From assembly GCF_009914755.1 (NCBI RefSeq), contig NC_060925.1: DNA of 64,000 nt; one strand, given 5' to 3'. Both the position numbers and the translations under genes were made by a program. The number at the start of each line of letters is the position of its first letter. Positions within the stretch are counted from its first letter, which is position 1. Positions 60,712 through 64,000 of the stretch are shown in pieces. The notes under the pieces are model-generated. The model was not told the DNA's origin. It did not search any database and saw nothing but the letters and a program-made list of their open reading frames with translations. This DNA is from the human T2T-CHM13v2.0 reference genome, Homo sapiens.

Positions 60712-61710
60712 ATAGAATCTTAGAGTTGGAAGAGATCTTAGGAGCCATGGACTTTTTATTTTTAGCCAGGCATTCCTCCTATAACAGCTGCAATTTGTGG
60801 CAGGCTACAACCTGTGCTATCATGGGTCCTTTAATGGTGGATTCACTCTTGCAAGCTCATCTCTCCTAGTTCTAGATGACAGAATGCTCTCCTTAAACTT
60901 CACTGAAATTTTCTTTCCCCTAGCTTTCATATAGCTGTGTTGGTTCTGCTTCATGAACCTTCCCAGAACAAGCATAATTCCTTTCCTCAGGACAGCTCCT
61001 CACGTATTTGCAGACAGCAGTTCTTCTGAGGTCTTTTCTGTTCCTGGCCAAGTTCCTCCAAACATTCCTTATATGCCACAATGTCCAGACCCTTTGTCCT
61101 CATAAATGGATTGTGCCCACATTGGCAATATCTTTCATATAATGGTATTCTTGAAGCTGAGTACAGAATTCTGGTCATTGCTGGGCCTTCTTAGATTGTG
61201 ATGTTCTTCTATCAGTGTGACCAAAGATGGCTCTCACCTCTTTGATTGCTACCAACCTTGGTCAAATCACTCATGCTTTGAGACCAAATCCCCCTTCTAT
61301 TCAATGGGAACAATAAAACTTACATGGTGAAGCCATCAAATGATTTGGGTGAGCTTCAAAGGTGAACGATATATGAAGGGATTTGTTATAGCACAAAAAT
61401 GAGAGTTTGGGTTCAATTGTACTGATACTGAGCTTATGTAGTCTGCTACAAACCTTGTTATTTTTCCTCTGTAAATATTGCAACTAGCCCATTTATTTTG
61501 CCACACTTATAACTGTAAAGTTTCATTTGTTAGCTTTTCTTGACATTCCAGTTTGTAGACAATCTTGATTTTGCCAACCAGTTTACTGGCCATCACTTTC
61601 TGCTTTGTGTGATCCACAAATTCAAGAAGCATGGATTCTGTGGTTTTACCTAAATGATAAACACAAATGTTGAACATTTTCCTTCACAAGAACTCTTCAG
61701 TTAGCTTCTC
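60712..61710 (-). mobile_element. L3/CR1 LINE remnant
   Basis: ATAGAATCTTAGAGTTGGAAGAGATCTTAG...CAGAACAAGCATAATTCCTTTCC...GACAGCTCCTCACGTATTTGCAGACAGC. Confidence 0.65.
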
Positions 61711-62157
61711 CCTATTTACAACATATACAGCTAGAAATAACAACAACTTCTTCCTTTTCTCGCTCCTCATCCCAAACATGTTTCTCTCACAAAAGCAGTT
61801 TCTATTTTGTTGTAAAGGTATTTAGGTAAATACCTTAGCATTTTCTGTAGATTATAAGCTCCTTAAGGACTGGGAATGTGTTGAATTATTGTTGTGGCTC
61901 CCAAAGACAATGACCCTGTCTTGTGTGTATTAGGCAACCACTTGAAGGCAAGACTATAGGGCTAAGGGCAGAGTTTTTTACATCCTTCAAAGAAGACTCT
62001 CCACTAATTATGCCATCATCAAGCACTTATTTGTGTAGTTTGTTTGATTAATGTAAAGAGTGTTATAATGATTATCTTCTGTTAAGTCCAAAATTATAAT
62101 GGGGCTGAGATGTTACTTGACTTGCAAGCTAACCTTCCTGTGTAGGTACGAGTGTGT

Positions 62158-62159
<2 letters not shown>

Positions 62160-62189
<30 letters not shown>
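62160..62189. repeat. (CA)n microsatellite
   Basis: Direct read. Confidence 0.95.
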
Positions 62190-62192
<3 letters not shown>

Positions 62193-62407
62193 CAGAAACA
62201 CCAGACCTCTGCATTAGAGAACAGACCATTTACTCCTAGAACATCTTAGTGCTGGTTCCCTGTGCCCCAGTCAAGCACAGACTGGTGTGCCAAGGGCCTG
62301 ATACTATCTGTGCAAGCAGTGGGGTCACACCACAGAGGAGGAGCCCCAAATTCATGAGGCTTGAAACTTCTACAGTATGTCTGGCACATCTGCACTGATC
62401 TAATTCC

Positions 62408-62442
62408 AGAGAGAGAGAGAAAGAAAGAGAAAGAGAGAGAGA
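62408..62442. repeat. GA-rich polypurine repeat
   Basis: Direct read. Confidence 0.85.
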
Positions 62443-64000
62443 TCCTCTCTGGGGTGGAGAGAAGGAACTCTACTCACCACTCTTAGAATATAAGAAAATA
62501 GCAAAATAGCTCTGGAGGAAATGAATCTTTTAAATATCTCTGGAGGTATGCACTGTCTCTAATTGAATGTTTACCACTGTTTACCATTGAATCCTCTCTT
62601 TAACCTGGGTTTGCAAGAAAGCCCAGACCATGCAGAAAGGTGAACATATTCACGGAGAGCTGTTTCCCAATATCTTCTGCAAAGAAGCCACCTTAAGTAG
62701 CCATACACAGACTCTAAGATATTATCCGTGCTGAAAATATTTTATGTTCCTATTTGAGGATGGCTTGTAGTCCCAGTGTTACATTGTTTTTACTTGAGTG
62801 TGTATATATATATATTTTTTGCTTTAAGGGAATCACCAGTAGTAATTTTTTAAGTCCCCAGAATAATAATTTGACCTAATGGGGTAAGTAAAGTAGCAGA
62901 CAAGTTAGGTAATATAAAAATACCAGTAAAGAATAAAGTCACAACAATGTATCAAAAATTAAGATTTACTACCAACTAAGACTACCAACTTCTCTTTTGG
63001 GCCTTGCAAACTGGCTGCAAAAGTTACAAAAAAGTAAATCAGCAGCATTGCTGGAAAAAATGATGCAGCTCTACAATGATATCTTTTAAGTTTTAGTACT
63101 ACTTTGGTTGTATAATTTCTGCTTGCCTTTTTTTAAAAAAAAAAAGTCATATTGCCACTGTATAGTACTATCTTACATTTCCAAAGTCTTACCCAACACT
63201 GTGTTTGCTAGGCACTATGAAAGATGCAAAATAAATAGTATTACTGGATCTGCAGGAATATTTCAGTCTAATTGGGAATATTACAGTCTAGTCGTGAGGA
63301 TAAAAATAAATCCATGCACCAAATAGAAATATGTAAAATAGTATAGGATATATAGGTTTGGAGAGGTTCAGTGTAAATAAATTTTCAGGGCTGGTGTATA
63401 TTTAACATGAACAAGCGCAAGATTGGGGAGCTGGAAAGTAGTGATGTGCAGAAGAGACAACGTTGGGCACCTTTTCTGTTTGCCAAAAGAGTGGAGGAGG
63501 GCTTCCTTTTACCATGGGCATTAATTTCTCCAGAGTACCCAAATAAAACAGAATTCCTAATTTTCTCTAGAAACTGTCCACACTTCAGAACAGGCTATTA
63601 TAGGGGCAGATAAGGCATAGGGAATTTGGTGTGAGAGTAAAATAAGCAGGGGTGGGATGATGAGAAGTTCACAGGAGCAGAGTGAACTGAGACACAGCAA
63701 ACAGAAGGAAAATATAATCAGAGAATTGTGAGGATGACTTTTGTAGCAAGTATATGAGACTTCCTTGTTCAGATCCAAATGAAAGACTCACTTAAAGTAA
63801 CTGTTGGAGCAAATTGCTTCTCCTCAGACCTTTCAATTTCTTTATGCACTGATTAGTGTTTTGTTTTTTATTTTTTGCCTGTATTGTAGTCTATGTATTT
63901 TCTGCTTTATGCTTTTACTTAATTTTTCCCCCTAAGCCCTGGCTCCCTTCCTTTGATTACCAACTTCAGATACAAGCTTACACAATTGGAAGAGGAGGCT

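Overview
This is primate (catarrhine/hominoid-type, probably human) intronic or intergenic DNA, AT-rich and CpG-depleted. I found no recognisable protein-coding gene, tRNA, rRNA or CRISPR array, and I cannot name the locus. Roughly half the window is transposon-derived: about 10 Alu copies; a full-length dead L1PB (minus strand) carrying a solo HERV-E LTR2 in its 5'UTR and an apparent 3' transduction; a 6.5-kb ancient L1ME with nested Alu, MER20 and L1MB; MaLR LTRs (THE1, MST, MLT1); hAT and mariner MITEs; and many MIR, L2 and L3 relics. Subfamily names come from recalled consensus features and need RepeatMasker confirmation. Boundaries of the old repeats are approximate. The most notable observations are: (i) a 93-bp locally templated insertion and a micro-inversion inside the old L1; (ii) the TSD-defined L1PB 3' transduction; (iii) a palindrome-dense unique block at 25.8-26.0 kb; (iv) a chain of well-formed + strand candidate exons that could, speculatively, encode a 68-aa peptide; (v) a motif-rich, CpG-retaining regulatory-like island at 58.8-59.95 kb; and (vi) a fossil LINE reverse-transcriptase frame at 55.2-55.5 kb. 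I see no convincing evidence for a wholly new biological system.
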